The translations under genes and the position numbers were made by a program. This document shows positions 28,746 to 38,745 of a DNA stretch of 64,000 bases, piece after piece (the stretch's first letter is position 1; every line of letters begins with the position of its first letter). The notes below the pieces were generated by a model. That model did no database searches and had not been told where the DNA came from. It saw nothing but the letters and a program-made list of their open reading frames with translations. Source of the DNA: a virus; the UHGV virus genome UHGV-1358930, one strand, 5' to 3'.

Positions 28746-29897
28746 ATGACCATGAAACTACAAGATGTAGCCTTACCAGAAATATACAAAGAAAGCGCAG
28801 ACTTTCGTTTCTTTTTAGATTGGTTCTCTAAATCATTGAGCCAGATTCAGTATGATACAGAAAACCTGATTGACTGTTATGATCCTCTTAGATGTAAAGA
28901 AGATCTATTGTGGTTGCTCGGTGATACTATAGGGTTCAAATATGACGACAGGCTCTGCACAGCATATAACCGATTAGTTATGCTGTACTTCATGTCAATG
29001 ATACGAAATAAAGGATCCAGAGATGGTGTGACACTTGCGGCAGAGGTGAACCTTGCTCAATTCAATATAATTGAATACGGCAAAGAAAACGACATATTAC
29101 AGAACCGACTTGAAGACACCTCAATTCCAGTAAACGCAGTATATGTTACACAAAATGTAGAAAAGGGATATATAGATATTGTTTATTTTACAAGTAATGA
29201 ACTTCCGATTGACGCTTGTATCGAATATGTTAGACCTTTAGGAATGTATTGTTTTCAGCATTCAGGAGTTCGATACGACAGCAGAACAAAACTGTCTATT
29301 GATGCAAGACTCACTAATACAAATGATATGAGCAACATCTCTAATATGATCACTAGAGTTGGACACTACAGCCGAAATGATTATGCTAGAATGCAGCACA
29401 TGTATAATGAACCTGATCATGAAGTGAACACAGAGGATACACGCAGAGGGGTATGGTACAGAAATAAAACTTCGGAAGTAACTACAAACAAAGATATTGA
29501 TCCTGGATATCGTGCATTGTATTCCTTGCAACTATCTAATAATGAACATATTGTTAAATCGTTGTTTGGACCTGATACAGATGTTGAGAAAATATTTGGA
29601 CTAGGTAAAGAGCCGATTACTCTGGACTATACATTCTCCGATGACTATGTAGTTTCTAATGACGGACCTGAATATGAACAATACAATCTTCGCTACGATA
29701 AAGATAAAGAAGAATCTGTATCACCTGACGTATACACAATAGATACAGATAGATCTAAAGATATACTCAATCCAAGACCCGCAGTAAATCCTGTAATGTC
29801 TGAAGTAGGCTCGGGTATTGTACTAGATGACGGACATAGCTACATCGTGAAAGATGAACACGGAAACATTGTTAAAAAGGATCTAAAATCAGAATAA
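28746..29897 (+). CDS. Tail protein, P2 gpI-like
   Basis: Follows the J-like gene. N-terminal LPEIYKESADFRFFLDWFSKSL...LLWLLGDTIGF, as in gpI-type proteins. Start could be ATG 28752. Confidence 0.5.
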   Translation: MTMKLQDVALPEIYKESADFRFFLDWFSKSLSQIQYDTENLIDCYDPLRCKEDLLWLLGDTIGFKYDDRLCTAYNRLVMLYFMSMIRNKGSRDGVTLAAEVNLAQFNIIEYGKENDILQNRLEDTSIPVNAVYVTQNVEKGYIDIVYFTSNELPIDACIEYVRPLGMYCFQHSGVRYDSRTKLSIDARLTNTNDMSNISNMITRVGHYSRNDYARMQHMYNEPDHEVNTEDTRRGVWYRNKTSEVTTNKDIDPGYRALYSLQLSNNEHIVKSLFGPDTDVEKIFGLGKEPITLDYTFSDDYVVSNDGPEYEQYNLRYDKDKEESVSPDVYTIDTDRSKDILNPRPAVNPVMSEVGSGIVLDDGHSYIVKDEHGNIVKKDLKSE

Positions 29898-29967
29898 GAA
29901 CCTTCTATTTAGATGTCAGGTACAGGATACTGATTTGACATCTATTTTTATCTAAAGGTGAGCTAAC

Positions 29968-30213
29968 ATGCCAATTGATATAAAATATGCGGGTCAAGGT
30001 CCTTGGAAACCCGCCGAAGACGAAGACATATCAAAGGACAATTTAGGATACACGCACCCTAATCTTCATAGACGGTTAGATATTCAACAACCTGCAGATC
30101 CAAAAGAACTTCTTCCTAGAGAATATCAAGTAGGCATATATGGAAGAGATTCATATCGAACTACAACAATATACACGCACGATGAAGATGATGAGTACAA
30201 TGAAATTCCTTGA
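29968..30213 (+). CDS. Hypothetical protein
   Basis: RBS AAAGGTGAG. 81 aa. Confidence 0.45.
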   Translation: MPIDIKYAGQGPWKPAEDEDISKDNLGYTHPNLHRRLDIQQPADPKELLPREYQVGIYGRDSYRTTTIYTHDEDDEYNEIP

Positions 30214-30227
30214 GGAGGTGAGCAGCA

Positions 30228-31430
30228 TTGAACGATCTTAGAAATATTGCAAAACGAATACCTATACAGCACAATGTTTCTATTCGAGTGATAGATCCAA
30301 TCTCCGGTAAGGTTGTATCTAGTCATACAGGACATAATGCATCCACCAATTCTCTACTAACTGGAGTTGCTCACTACTTAACTGGTGATGGAGTCTTGAA
30401 CCAAGGATATCATATGCTAAGTTCATATGTACCTAGATACATATCTTTAGGCACCATGGGGCTTATAAGTCAAGATTGTGATGAATTTGGATTACCTACA
30501 GGTATCGGTAATGTGTCATATCAAGATAAATATCCCGATGATCCTGATATAGAAGAAGCGCACAGATTTGTAGATTACTTAACACAAGTTCCCGGATATG
30601 GAGCGGACGGATATGACCCTAATGAGAACAACGGTAGACCGTTTCTAGGATTAGGTCCGGTTTTTGCAAATCGAAAAATAAGTACAATCAAACAAGAGAT
30701 TCTACAGGTAGGTGACATAAATTTTGACGGCAAAATAGATTATGCCGATGTCATGTTACTTGTTGATTATAATTGCGGAGCCATAAAGCTTACAGATAAG
30801 CAGCTATTTGTTGCAAACGCAGATAAAGATGGAAACGTATCATGCGATATGGTTCAGAAAGTAAAAGATTGTGCCGAAGGTAAGATACCTCGTTCGGAAT
30901 TAGGTTCTGTTGTGTATCAGCCATCTACCGCTCCAACTATAAACTGCGAATTGATTTCTGGCACATTTCCCAGAGCAGACATATCTTTTCGTGATATTGT
31001 TCCAGAAACGGAAGCCGAGTTCCCTCAAACTATTGATGTTGTGTTTAGTGCGATGATATCTACAGGTGCTCTTGCACAGTTCAGAGAAACAGATAAGGAC
31101 TACATATTCATCACAGAAGCTGGATTATGGTCAGATCGGACTTGGAAGGAAGGCGGAGATAACGGATTACTTGCGGGATATAGAATCGCTCCTCCGAATT
31201 CTAATAACTGGAAAATGGCAGAATGGGACCCAGATCGGCATGTATACTATGATAGCCCAGAATGCAAAGAAAATAGAAAGATTTTGAAACAAAATATAAT
31301 AAGAGTAAATAGAAATCAAGTTGTTCAAGTTGTGTGGAAGATACAATTAGGAGGTATGGATCAGCTTGGTGGATTAACTAGCCTGTATCCTCAATATACT
31401 CCTTCATTGACTTGGAACAAATGGAATTAA
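30228..31430 (+). CDS. Tail fibre/receptor-binding protein carrying dockerin type-I-like repeats (TTG start)
   Basis: Paired Ca-binding dockerin repeats GDINFDGKIDYADVMLLVDY and ANADKDGNVSCDMVQKVKDC. GGAGGTGA RBS. Confidence 0.6.
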   Translation: MNDLRNIAKRIPIQHNVSIRVIDPISGKVVSSHTGHNASTNSLLTGVAHYLTGDGVLNQGYHMLSSYVPRYISLGTMGLISQDCDEFGLPTGIGNVSYQDKYPDDPDIEEAHRFVDYLTQVPGYGADGYDPNENNGRPFLGLGPVFANRKISTIKQEILQVGDINFDGKIDYADVMLLVDYNCGAIKLTDKQLFVANADKDGNVSCDMVQKVKDCAEGKIPRSELGSVVYQPSTAPTINCELISGTFPRADISFRDIVPETEAEFPQTIDVVFSAMISTGALAQFRETDKDYIFITEAGLWSDRTWKEGGDNGLLAGYRIAPPNSNNWKMAEWDPDRHVYYDSPECKENRKILKQNIIRVNRNQVVQVVWKIQLGGMDQLGGLTSLYPQYTPSLTWNKWN

Positions 31431-31452
31431 CAAGAAACCGAGGTGACACAAA

Positions 31453-31833
31453 TTGAAGAAACGATATATCAGATCCGCAGAGCTTGAGAATTCTACACTG
31501 TTGCTTACTCCAGCAAGCTTAGTAGATTTCTTGAGCCAGATTGACGAGTTGTCTGAAAAATCTATATCTTTGAATTCCGATAATGAATACATTGAAGTGT
31601 CTATAGGAGAAGCGACTTATCGTATTCGTCCTCAAGACGAAGTCAATGTTCCGGTTTCGGTCGATGACATAGACGAAGTCAACGATGCGGCTGATGACAC
31701 ATATGATGAATTAGTAGATAATGGATATATTGAAAATTCAGATGAAATTGAATCCGGACTCATTAAAGAATTGATCAAGACATTAGCAATCGGCGGGATG
31801 GTTCGACTTGCTGCAAAGAAACTTAAGAAATGA
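31453..31833 (+). CDS. Small acidic prohead core-like protein (TTG start)
   Basis: GAGGTGA RBS. 126 aa, very acidic. Immediately upstream of the protease/scaffold gene, as T4 gp67/68 are. Confidence 0.45.
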   Translation: MKKRYIRSAELENSTLLLTPASLVDFLSQIDELSEKSISLNSDNEYIEVSIGEATYRIRPQDEVNVPVSVDDIDEVNDAADDTYDELVDNGYIENSDEIESGLIKELIKTLAIGGMVRLAAKKLKK

Positions 31834-31844
31834 GGTGAGAGATC

Positions 31845-33338
31845 TTGCGTAAAAATAATAAAATTTTAGCCGATGACATAACTAATCACAATTCTGCTAT
31901 CATTGGTAAGTTTTCTGGTGAATGCGCAGACTCTAACATAACTAATCTAAATGGGTTAGACATTACGAGAGAAGTTTGGGAACACGTATTTGCATCCGAA
32001 GATTATAAAAAAGCCATAGAACTGGGTCATTACATCGGTTTTCTAGGTCACCCAAGCGATGTAAATTGCATGGATTTCAAAGATGCCTGTATTGTGATGA
32101 CAGAAGGTCATATTGCAGATAACGGCAAGGTTTATGGTGAATTCAATCTGATTGATACTCCTGTAGGTAGAATCGTGAAATCATTCATAGACGCAGGGGT
32201 AACATTCGGCATATCTGTAAGAGGCGCTGGAGATATTATACATAATTCCGTAGATCCCGAAACTTTTGTATTCAGAGGGTTTGATCTGGTAGCTTTCCCC
32301 GCATTCCCTGAGAGTATTCCAAAATTTATTGCAGCGTCTGCGGATGGTCAGCAAAAATATAAATCAATCTGTGCATCTGTTAAATCTAATCTTAAGGACA
32401 TTACAAGCTGCTCTACACTGCATACACTGTCTCATCAGTTTGCACAGATGTCCGATGTATACGAAGATATTCAGAACAGAATCGCTGAACTTTCAGAAGA
32501 ATCAACTGATTCTGGTGAACTTCCAGATAATCCTGCAGCTGAAGAAGTTCTACAGGATAACGATGAATCTATTTGTCAGGCAGTAGCTCAAGAAAAGATT
32601 GATGCGCTAACTAAGCTCTATGTAGAACAGCTACGTAGATCAAAAGAACTAGAATCTCAACTAAAAGCGCAGACAGTTCAATGCGCTAGAAAGCTATCTA
32701 CTATGAATAGACTTGTAAATGAGCAGATAAGATCTGCGGTAAGCGCACGATACAAAGCAGAGTATGATAAAACATCTGCTATAACTGCGCATAAACAAAC
32801 TATCGAGAAGCTCAAGTCCTCCATAGCTGTAGAGAAAGATGAATTTGCAAGTTATAGAAAGTCAGCTAGTAGAGAAATTTCTGATATTAAAAAACGTATA
32901 ACTTCCGCTAAAGAATTGAACCTTAAATATCTTCAGAAAATAAGAGCCAATGAATCTGATATCAAATCTAAAGATGAATTGATCTCCTCATTGAAAAGTC
33001 AGCTGCATGAAACTGTCACCGCATCTGAAAAACTCAAAAGAGGGCAATCAAACCTTGATGCAGAATTAACTTCATACAGAGATAAGATATCTGAATGCAG
33101 AAGAATGCTAACAGAATATCAAAAAGCATATTCTGAATTGTATTCACAGGCAGTTGGCGCTGATTCTAAAAATATCAAAATCACAGCTTCAACAGACGTA
33201 TCTTCTTTAAAGGCAGCAGTAAGGGAGTCCATCAAATACAATCCAGTTGTTCGAGATGAACCTACTGAAGCAGATATAGAAGATATGCAAGATATCGACT
33301 ATTCAGATTATTCCGATTCCGATATCGTATCAATGTAA
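31845..33338 (+). CDS. Prohead protease / scaffolding fusion protein (TTG start)
   Basis: N-terminal about 180-aa globular domain, then about 300 aa of Lys/Glu-rich coiled coil typical of scaffolds. Directly precedes the major capsid gene. Confidence 0.5.
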   Translation: MRKNNKILADDITNHNSAIIGKFSGECADSNITNLNGLDITREVWEHVFASEDYKKAIELGHYIGFLGHPSDVNCMDFKDACIVMTEGHIADNGKVYGEFNLIDTPVGRIVKSFIDAGVTFGISVRGAGDIIHNSVDPETFVFRGFDLVAFPAFPESIPKFIAASADGQQKYKSICASVKSNLKDITSCSTLHTLSHQFAQMSDVYEDIQNRIAELSEESTDSGELPDNPAAEEVLQDNDESICQAVAQEKIDALTKLYVEQLRRSKELESQLKAQTVQCARKLSTMNRLVNEQIRSAVSARYKAEYDKTSAITAHKQTIEKLKSSIAVEKDEFASYRKSASREISDIKKRITSAKELNLKYLQKIRANESDIKSKDELISSLKSQLHETVTASEKLKRGQSNLDAELTSYRDKISECRRMLTEYQKAYSELYSQAVGADSKNIKITASTDVSSLKAAVRESIKYNPVVRDEPTEADIEDMQDIDYSDYSDSDIVSM

Positions 33339-33368
33339 ATTAAAACTTAATAAGGAGTGCATAATAAT

Positions 33369-34745
33369 ATGATTACAAGACGTAATCCGGCTCAGATGGG
33401 CAACGGTCGCAGACCAATCCGAGCAAGCCGGAGCATCACCTCTAACGTACAGAATAGAAATAATCGTTCCATCATGGCAGCAACGAATCTTACCCCGGCT
33501 CAGAGAGCATTTGCTTCTCAGCTTCAGAGAAACTGTAATCGTTCTTCTGCTATCATGGCAGCTACGAATACGTCAAACATCATGACTCGTCCGGAATTCA
33601 CGGAGCTTCTTCCGATGTTTGTTCAGCAGCTTATCATCACTGATATTGCTGGTTCTGTTGCAATGAAGTCTCGTCAGCAGCTCATTCCATATTTCAAGTT
33701 TATCGCTGAAAACACCAAGGGTGAGACGAAGGCAGGTACTGTTCTTGCTTCTCCGTTTGCTAACCGTCAGGGCGTAGATCCTAACTTCACGGGTCGTGTA
33801 GTAAAGAACGAAACGGTTGAAGATCAGCTGATGTATACTCCGGTCCTTCCGGGTACTGTCACTATCAAGACTGAGGCTGGTGTATATGTCGATAAGGGTG
33901 ATGGTAAACTCTACGACAAGAACATGACTGAGAACGGCACCATTGAGTATGGTACAGGTGCAATCACAGGCATTGACGGCGATATGGTAGCTACTTACCA
34001 GTACGACAATGAGACTGTTGGTCCTGACACGAATAGCCAGTATGGCGCAAAGATGGGAAAGGGCTACCTCCAGCTAGACGAGCTCAACCTCGTAGCTGAA
34101 GCACATGAGCTTGCTTGCTACCACAGTGTATTCTCTGCATTTGCTGCACAGCAGGAATATGGCGCATCTATCGCTGATATGCAGAAGGAAGCTGCTATTG
34201 GTGAAATCACCGCAGAGATCAACACGAACTGCCTTGATCAGCTTGCAAAGGCTGCTTCTTACAAGCCGCAGTTCAACTGGGACGCATCTCCGGTACTTTC
34301 TGGTTCAGTTGTTCCGTCCGACTACCTCAACATGTTCAAGCTGAAGCTCGGTCAGGCTGCTGCTTCTGTCTATCAGCAGACAAGAATGACTCGCCCGAAT
34401 AGACTTGTTGTAGGTACCACGGCTGCTGAATACATATCCATGATCAACGGCTTCCAGTCTGCAGGCGATCACGCCGATGAAGTAGGTCCGTATCATCTTG
34501 GTAAGCTTGATGCATTCGAAATCTATGTCAATCCGTCTTACAATCCGGATACATGGGTTATGTGTTCTAAGTCTAACGACCTTAGAAAGAACAGCTGCCT
34601 ATTCGGCGAATATATGCCTGTCATGACTACCGATGCCATCGGTCTTGCCAACATGTCTGTACAGCAGGGATATGCTACGATGTACGCATTCAAATGCACA
34701 GTACCAGAAACGATCGTCAGCGGCAAAATCCTTGGAACATTCTAA
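33369..34745 (+). CDS. Major capsid protein (T4 gp23-like / HK97 fold)
   Basis: RBS AAGGAG 10 nt before ATG 33369. Sequence texture resembles the gp23 family (ELACYHSVFSAFAAQQ...NRLVVGTTAAEYI...AFEIYVNPSY). Strong terminator follows. Confidence 0.65.
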   Translation: MITRRNPAQMGNGRRPIRASRSITSNVQNRNNRSIMAATNLTPAQRAFASQLQRNCNRSSAIMAATNTSNIMTRPEFTELLPMFVQQLIITDIAGSVAMKSRQQLIPYFKFIAENTKGETKAGTVLASPFANRQGVDPNFTGRVVKNETVEDQLMYTPVLPGTVTIKTEAGVYVDKGDGKLYDKNMTENGTIEYGTGAITGIDGDMVATYQYDNETVGPDTNSQYGAKMGKGYLQLDELNLVAEAHELACYHSVFSAFAAQQEYGASIADMQKEAAIGEITAEINTNCLDQLAKAASYKPQFNWDASPVLSGSVVPSDYLNMFKLKLGQAAASVYQQTRMTRPNRLVVGTTAAEYISMINGFQSAGDHADEVGPYHLGKLDAFEIYVNPSYNPDTWVMCSKSNDLRKNSCLFGEYMPVMTTDAIGLANMSVQQGYATMYAFKCTVPETIVSGKILGTF

Positions 34746-34771
34746 TCTATAGTTTAATAAGTAGATAAATC

Positions 34772-34810
34772 TTAGCCTAAGTTCTAACGAGCTTAGGCTA
34801 ATTTTTTTTG
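34772..34810 (+). terminator. Rho-independent terminator after the capsid gene
   Basis: Perfect 10-bp stem TTAGCCTAAG / CTTAGGCTAA, 10-nt loop, then T8. Confidence 0.8.
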
Positions 34811-34853
34811 TTGTTTTGAGTTGAATCGTTAAGATTATTGGAGATGATAACAA

Positions 34854-36722
34854 TTGGCTATCGCTAAAGTTCCAGATGATTTATTTAAAATATGTCAAAC
34901 TTGTGGTGAAAAATTCCACCCTAACACATACAGACAACGTAATTGTGGTAAAACAAGAACTAAAACATGTCCAATATGTGGCAAGGATTTTACATATACA
35001 TGTACTCCGGAAGGATCAAAGAAGAAAACATGTTCCAGAAAGTGTGCAGATCAATTCGCTGAACAAGTTAGAGAATCTAAGTCATCCGCAGTTAAAAAAG
35101 CTTGTGAGTACTGCGGCAAACTATTTACACCTAAAACAAAGTTTGATAGATACTGCTCAGGTCCTCACTACAAGAAGTGTGTAGTTTGCGGAAAAGAATT
35201 TGAGTTTGACATACTATACTACAAAGGAATAAAGACATGTTCTAAAGAATGCAGATATAAGCTTGCAACAGATAATAGAGATATTCCTACTATGGTGCAA
35301 AATCTAGAAAGCACAATGCTTATGAAATACGGCGTCAAGCATGCTATGGATATTCCTGGTGTAGTAGATAAAATAAAAGAAACAAACAGAGCTAGATATA
35401 GAAGTGATTGGTATACGCAGACCGATGAATACAAGCAATCTGTAGAACAGACTTCACTGGCTAACTACGGAGTTAAGCACTTTCTTTCTAGTGAAGAAGT
35501 AAAGTCAAAACGAAGAGATACGTGTAAAGAAAAATATGGAGTGGATAATGTATCAAAATCTCCTGAGATTCAAGAACGAATAAAAGAAACATATGCTAAG
35601 AAATTCGGTTTAGAGAACGTGAGCCAGACACGAATCGGCAATATATCTGAATGGGTACAATTCAAAGCAGACCCTAAAAAATATCTAGAGACTACATTTG
35701 ATAACGCTCCTACGATACAAGATCTTTGTTTGTATTTTGGCTGCTGTAGTGCGTCATTGTACAACGCGATCAAAGGTGTAGATGTCAGTAATCTAATTAA
35801 GCATACTAGTTCAAACGTAGAATCCGAAATAATTGATTGTTTGAAATTTATTTCGCCTGAATCTAACGTGATAAGAAATTGTAGATCGATCATATCTCCG
35901 TATGAAATTGATATTTATCTACCAGAATTGAAGTTAGGAATTGAATGTGATCCAACAGTAACTCATAATTCATCTGTTTCAGATCCCTGGGGTCAGCCTC
36001 CAAAAGATAGTAAGTATCATCAAATGAAAACAGATATGTGTGAATCACAAGGTGTCAGACTTATTCATCTATTTGGATACGAATGGAACCATAAACGTGC
36101 TATCATGGAATCTATTTTACGGAATGTATTGGGTAAAAATGATAGGCGAATTTATGCAAGAAAGTGTGAGTTGCGTGAAGTTTCTTATACAGACAGTAAA
36201 GTGTTTCTGATTGCTAATCATAGACAAGGCTTTGCAAATTCGTCTGTTAGACTTGGACTATACTATCAGAATGAATTAGTTTCACTTATGACATTTGGCA
36301 AGATTCGACGAACTATTGGAGCAAACAAAGATGTTGACGGTTGGGAACTTGTCAGATTCTGTAATGCGTTGAATACCTCAGTTGTAGGTGGAGCTTCTAA
36401 GTTATTCAAACATTTTGTAGATACATACCATCCTGAAGTTATACTATCATTCTCAGACAGAGCGCATACAACCGGTAACTTGTACCAAACTTTAGGATTT
36501 ACAGAGAAGAGCAGATCTGCTCCTGGATATGTTTGGGTAGATGAATTAACTGATATCGCATACAACCGTGTCAATGCACAAAAGCATAACTTAAAGAAAT
36601 TTTTGAACGATGATAACATCGATTTAACAAAAACTGAAGCTCAGATAATGGAGGAACACGGATTCGTGAGAGTATACGACAGCGGTGTAATAACATGGCA
36701 GTGGAACAAACCGATGAAGTAG
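34854..36722 (+). CDS. Multi-domain homing-endonuclease-like protein (N-terminal Zn ribbons, repeated KYGVxH modules, PD-(D/E)xK Vsr-like nuclease core, C-terminal domain)
   Basis: Four CxxC pairs at the N-terminus. Repeats KYGVKHAMDIPG / NYGVKHFLSSEE / KYGVDNVSKSPE (HNH-associated-repeat style). EIDIYLPELKLGIECD...H..K nuclease-like core. TTG start with GGAG RBS. Confidence 0.5.
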   Translation: MAIAKVPDDLFKICQTCGEKFHPNTYRQRNCGKTRTKTCPICGKDFTYTCTPEGSKKKTCSRKCADQFAEQVRESKSSAVKKACEYCGKLFTPKTKFDRYCSGPHYKKCVVCGKEFEFDILYYKGIKTCSKECRYKLATDNRDIPTMVQNLESTMLMKYGVKHAMDIPGVVDKIKETNRARYRSDWYTQTDEYKQSVEQTSLANYGVKHFLSSEEVKSKRRDTCKEKYGVDNVSKSPEIQERIKETYAKKFGLENVSQTRIGNISEWVQFKADPKKYLETTFDNAPTIQDLCLYFGCCSASLYNAIKGVDVSNLIKHTSSNVESEIIDCLKFISPESNVIRNCRSIISPYEIDIYLPELKLGIECDPTVTHNSSVSDPWGQPPKDSKYHQMKTDMCESQGVRLIHLFGYEWNHKRAIMESILRNVLGKNDRRIYARKCELREVSYTDSKVFLIANHRQGFANSSVRLGLYYQNELVSLMTFGKIRRTIGANKDVDGWELVRFCNALNTSVVGGASKLFKHFVDTYHPEVILSFSDRAHTTGNLYQTLGFTEKSRSAPGYVWVDELTDIAYNRVNAQKHNLKKFLNDDNIDLTKTEAQIMEEHGFVRVYDSGVITWQWNKPMK

Positions 36723-36805
36723 ATATAGAAGAGTCTGCAGAGGATTAGTTTGTATCGTTAATTTGATTATCAACAAATTCATCTATCAAGGAAGGAATAA
36801 AATAA

Positions 36806-37207
36806 ATGAGCAGAGAATACGAATTTGAATTCAACAGTTATGTACCTCCCAAATACACATACAAAGTTCGCTACAAGGATAAAATGTATTTATTTGATAA
36901 GCTATCCGAATGCTGTAAGTTCTTGAATTCCTTAGACGTACTAGATAGACCAATAAATACTAATAAATTATTGAAGTATCTGAAACATATTGAAGACGGT
37001 TCTTACTCAGCTAAAGTTCCAGATTTTATTCGTAGTAATGTTCGCAGAGAAGAGTTACCTTACAAAATTTGTGAATATTGCGGAAAGAAGATTTATTTAG
37101 GCAGACCGTATTTTATGAGAGATTACAGAAGCAATGTATTCTGCTCTCCAAGATGCCTCGCGTATCATGATAACTCCATCAGACGAATTGATGATTGGCA
37201 AGGTTGA
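36806..37207 (+). CDS. TRASH/FCS-type zinc-ribbon protein, paralog 1
   Basis: CEYCGKKIYLGRPYFMRDYRSNVFCSPRC. N-terminal aromatic beta-hairpin KYTYKVRYKD. RBS AAGGAAGGAA. Confidence 0.6.
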   Translation: MSREYEFEFNSYVPPKYTYKVRYKDKMYLFDKLSECCKFLNSLDVLDRPINTNKLLKYLKHIEDGSYSAKVPDFIRSNVRREELPYKICEYCGKKIYLGRPYFMRDYRSNVFCSPRCLAYHDNSIRRIDDWQG

Positions 37208-37292
37208 TACTTACTAGCGACGGATTGTTATTTAGTAATTTCGTCGCTCATATTTTCAGAATTTAAAAATTTATAAATCGTTAATAATTGTA

Positions 37293-37319
37293 CAAATAGA
37301 TCAAATAGATCAAATAAAT
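37293..37319. repeat. Three tandem 9-bp direct repeats (CAAATAGAT, CAAATAGAT, CAAATAAAT) directly upstream of the RBS of the 37336 gene
   Basis: Read from sequence. An ATCGTTAAT motif lies 8 nt upstream. Confidence 0.85.
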
Positions 37320-37335
37320 CGGAGGAACATCATAC

Positions 37336-37710
37336 ATGGCAGCTAGAGGAAACAACAAGTATTACTACTACATCAAAGGTGTAAACAAAAAATTTACTAC
37401 ATCTCGAGAAGTTTGTAGGTATCTAAAAATTTACCTAAATGTAGCTATATACGAAACAGAGCTATTGAAGTTGCTGAATCATCCAGATCAAGTATTCAAA
37501 TTCGATTTTGATAAGTCCTGGGTTATCGACAACGTATACAGAGAGGAAGTGCCGCATACATATTGTAATAGATGTGGAAAGCGCATATATCAAGGCTCAA
37601 ACGTCTTCCACAGATCTGGAGCAGAATTCAAAGACAAACTATTCTGCTCTATTAGATGTTTTGCACTAGAATACACAGATTTAGTCGAATCTACCTATCA
37701 TCCTCAGTAA
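37336..37710 (+). CDS. TRASH/FCS-type zinc-ribbon protein, paralog 2
   Basis: CNRCGKRIYQGSNVFHRSGAEFKDKLFCSIRC. N-terminal NNKYYYYIKG. RBS CGGAGGAAC. Confidence 0.6.
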   Translation: MAARGNNKYYYYIKGVNKKFTTSREVCRYLKIYLNVAIYETELLKLLNHPDQVFKFDFDKSWVIDNVYREEVPHTYCNRCGKRIYQGSNVFHRSGAEFKDKLFCSIRCFALEYTDLVESTYHPQ

Positions 37711-37768
37711 AACTCAGTTCAGTAAAATCAATTTAACTCAATAATATCAACATACCAGGAGGTACAAC

Positions 37769-38710
37769 ATGACAAGAGAAAAACAGTTAGAAACACTTCA
37801 TAAGATCCGTGATCTCAACTTCAGCATCGCGTGGAATTATGATGAACTTAGACGTGAGCAGAATCGATGTTTTCAGTCTCCTCCGGCAGCACCTACAATG
37901 CCAGAAATCAGAAAGTCATATCCTGTTGTGAAATCTAATAGGAAATATGACTGGAAAACAAGTTTTGGTGTAATGGGAGCAGGTCTACTTTTGAGCATTA
38001 TGTTCATTACAATTTCGTCGATCATTCCTATCGGATTTTTCTGGTATCTGTCGTCTCTTGCAAACATCTTTTTCGCATGCGCTGCTATCATTTGGCCTAT
38101 CGGATTTACAGTTTGGTGGTATGAAAAACGTAAGCAAGATGTAAACAACATTTTAAACTCTGCAGAGTACAAAGCCAAATGCGCACAGATTGATTTAGAA
38201 TACAAAGCAGCTGTGGAAAAAGCAACTAATACATATAATAATGCTGTACATGAATATAAAACAGTTACTATTCCGAAGTATGAAGAAGAGAAACGTAAAT
38301 TTGAAGAAGTCAGAAATTCGGCTGTACGAGAATTGAAGCACAAGCTGTCTGAAGACAATGCAGAGCTAAATTCCCTTTACGATTCAACTAAGATTCTGCC
38401 TAGTCCGTACAGAAGTATCAAAGCTATTGAATTTATCACGAACTACATGGATACGTCTGATGCCTCACTTGAAGATGCAATTCTTAGCTATGACAGAAAT
38501 CTTCAGCTGGATCTTGATAATCAGAAGCTTTCTGAGCAGATTAGAGAGAATGATATCAAAGATAGAATGGCGAATGCACAGGAAGCTGCAAATGACATCG
38601 CTGAGCGAAATAACGAAATTGCTGAACAGACAAGACGTGATGCAAACCGAGCAGCGTTTATTGCTGCAGTACAGAGACATAATACTAACAAACACCTCAA
38701 ACGAATGTGA
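37769..38710 (+). CDS. Membrane protein with two TM helices and a long C-terminal coiled coil
   Basis: Hydrophobic segments GAGLLLSIMFITISSIIPIGFFWYL and IFFACAAIIWPIGFTVWWY. RBS CAGGAGGTAC. Confidence 0.55.
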   Translation: MTREKQLETLHKIRDLNFSIAWNYDELRREQNRCFQSPPAAPTMPEIRKSYPVVKSNRKYDWKTSFGVMGAGLLLSIMFITISSIIPIGFFWYLSSLANIFFACAAIIWPIGFTVWWYEKRKQDVNNILNSAEYKAKCAQIDLEYKAAVEKATNTYNNAVHEYKTVTIPKYEEEKRKFEEVRNSAVRELKHKLSEDNAELNSLYDSTKILPSPYRSIKAIEFITNYMDTSDASLEDAILSYDRNLQLDLDNQKLSEQIRENDIKDRMANAQEAANDIAERNNEIAEQTRRDANRAAFIAAVQRHNTNKHLKRM

Positions 38711-38745
38711 TTCAGATAAACAAAATAGAAAGGATGTAAACAATT

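Noticed and set aside
34821-34849. TTGAAT-17 nt-ATGATA promoter-like element after the capsid terminator
   Set aside because: The downstream gene's only start (TTG 34854 with GGAG RBS) would be only about 5 nt after the -10. More likely it is another instance of the ATCGTTAA motif than a sigma70 promoter for this gene.
37873-38358. 161-aa minus-strand ORF
   Set aside because: It is fully contained antisense within the membrane/coiled-coil gene at 37769-38710. It has no RBS and low-complexity composition.
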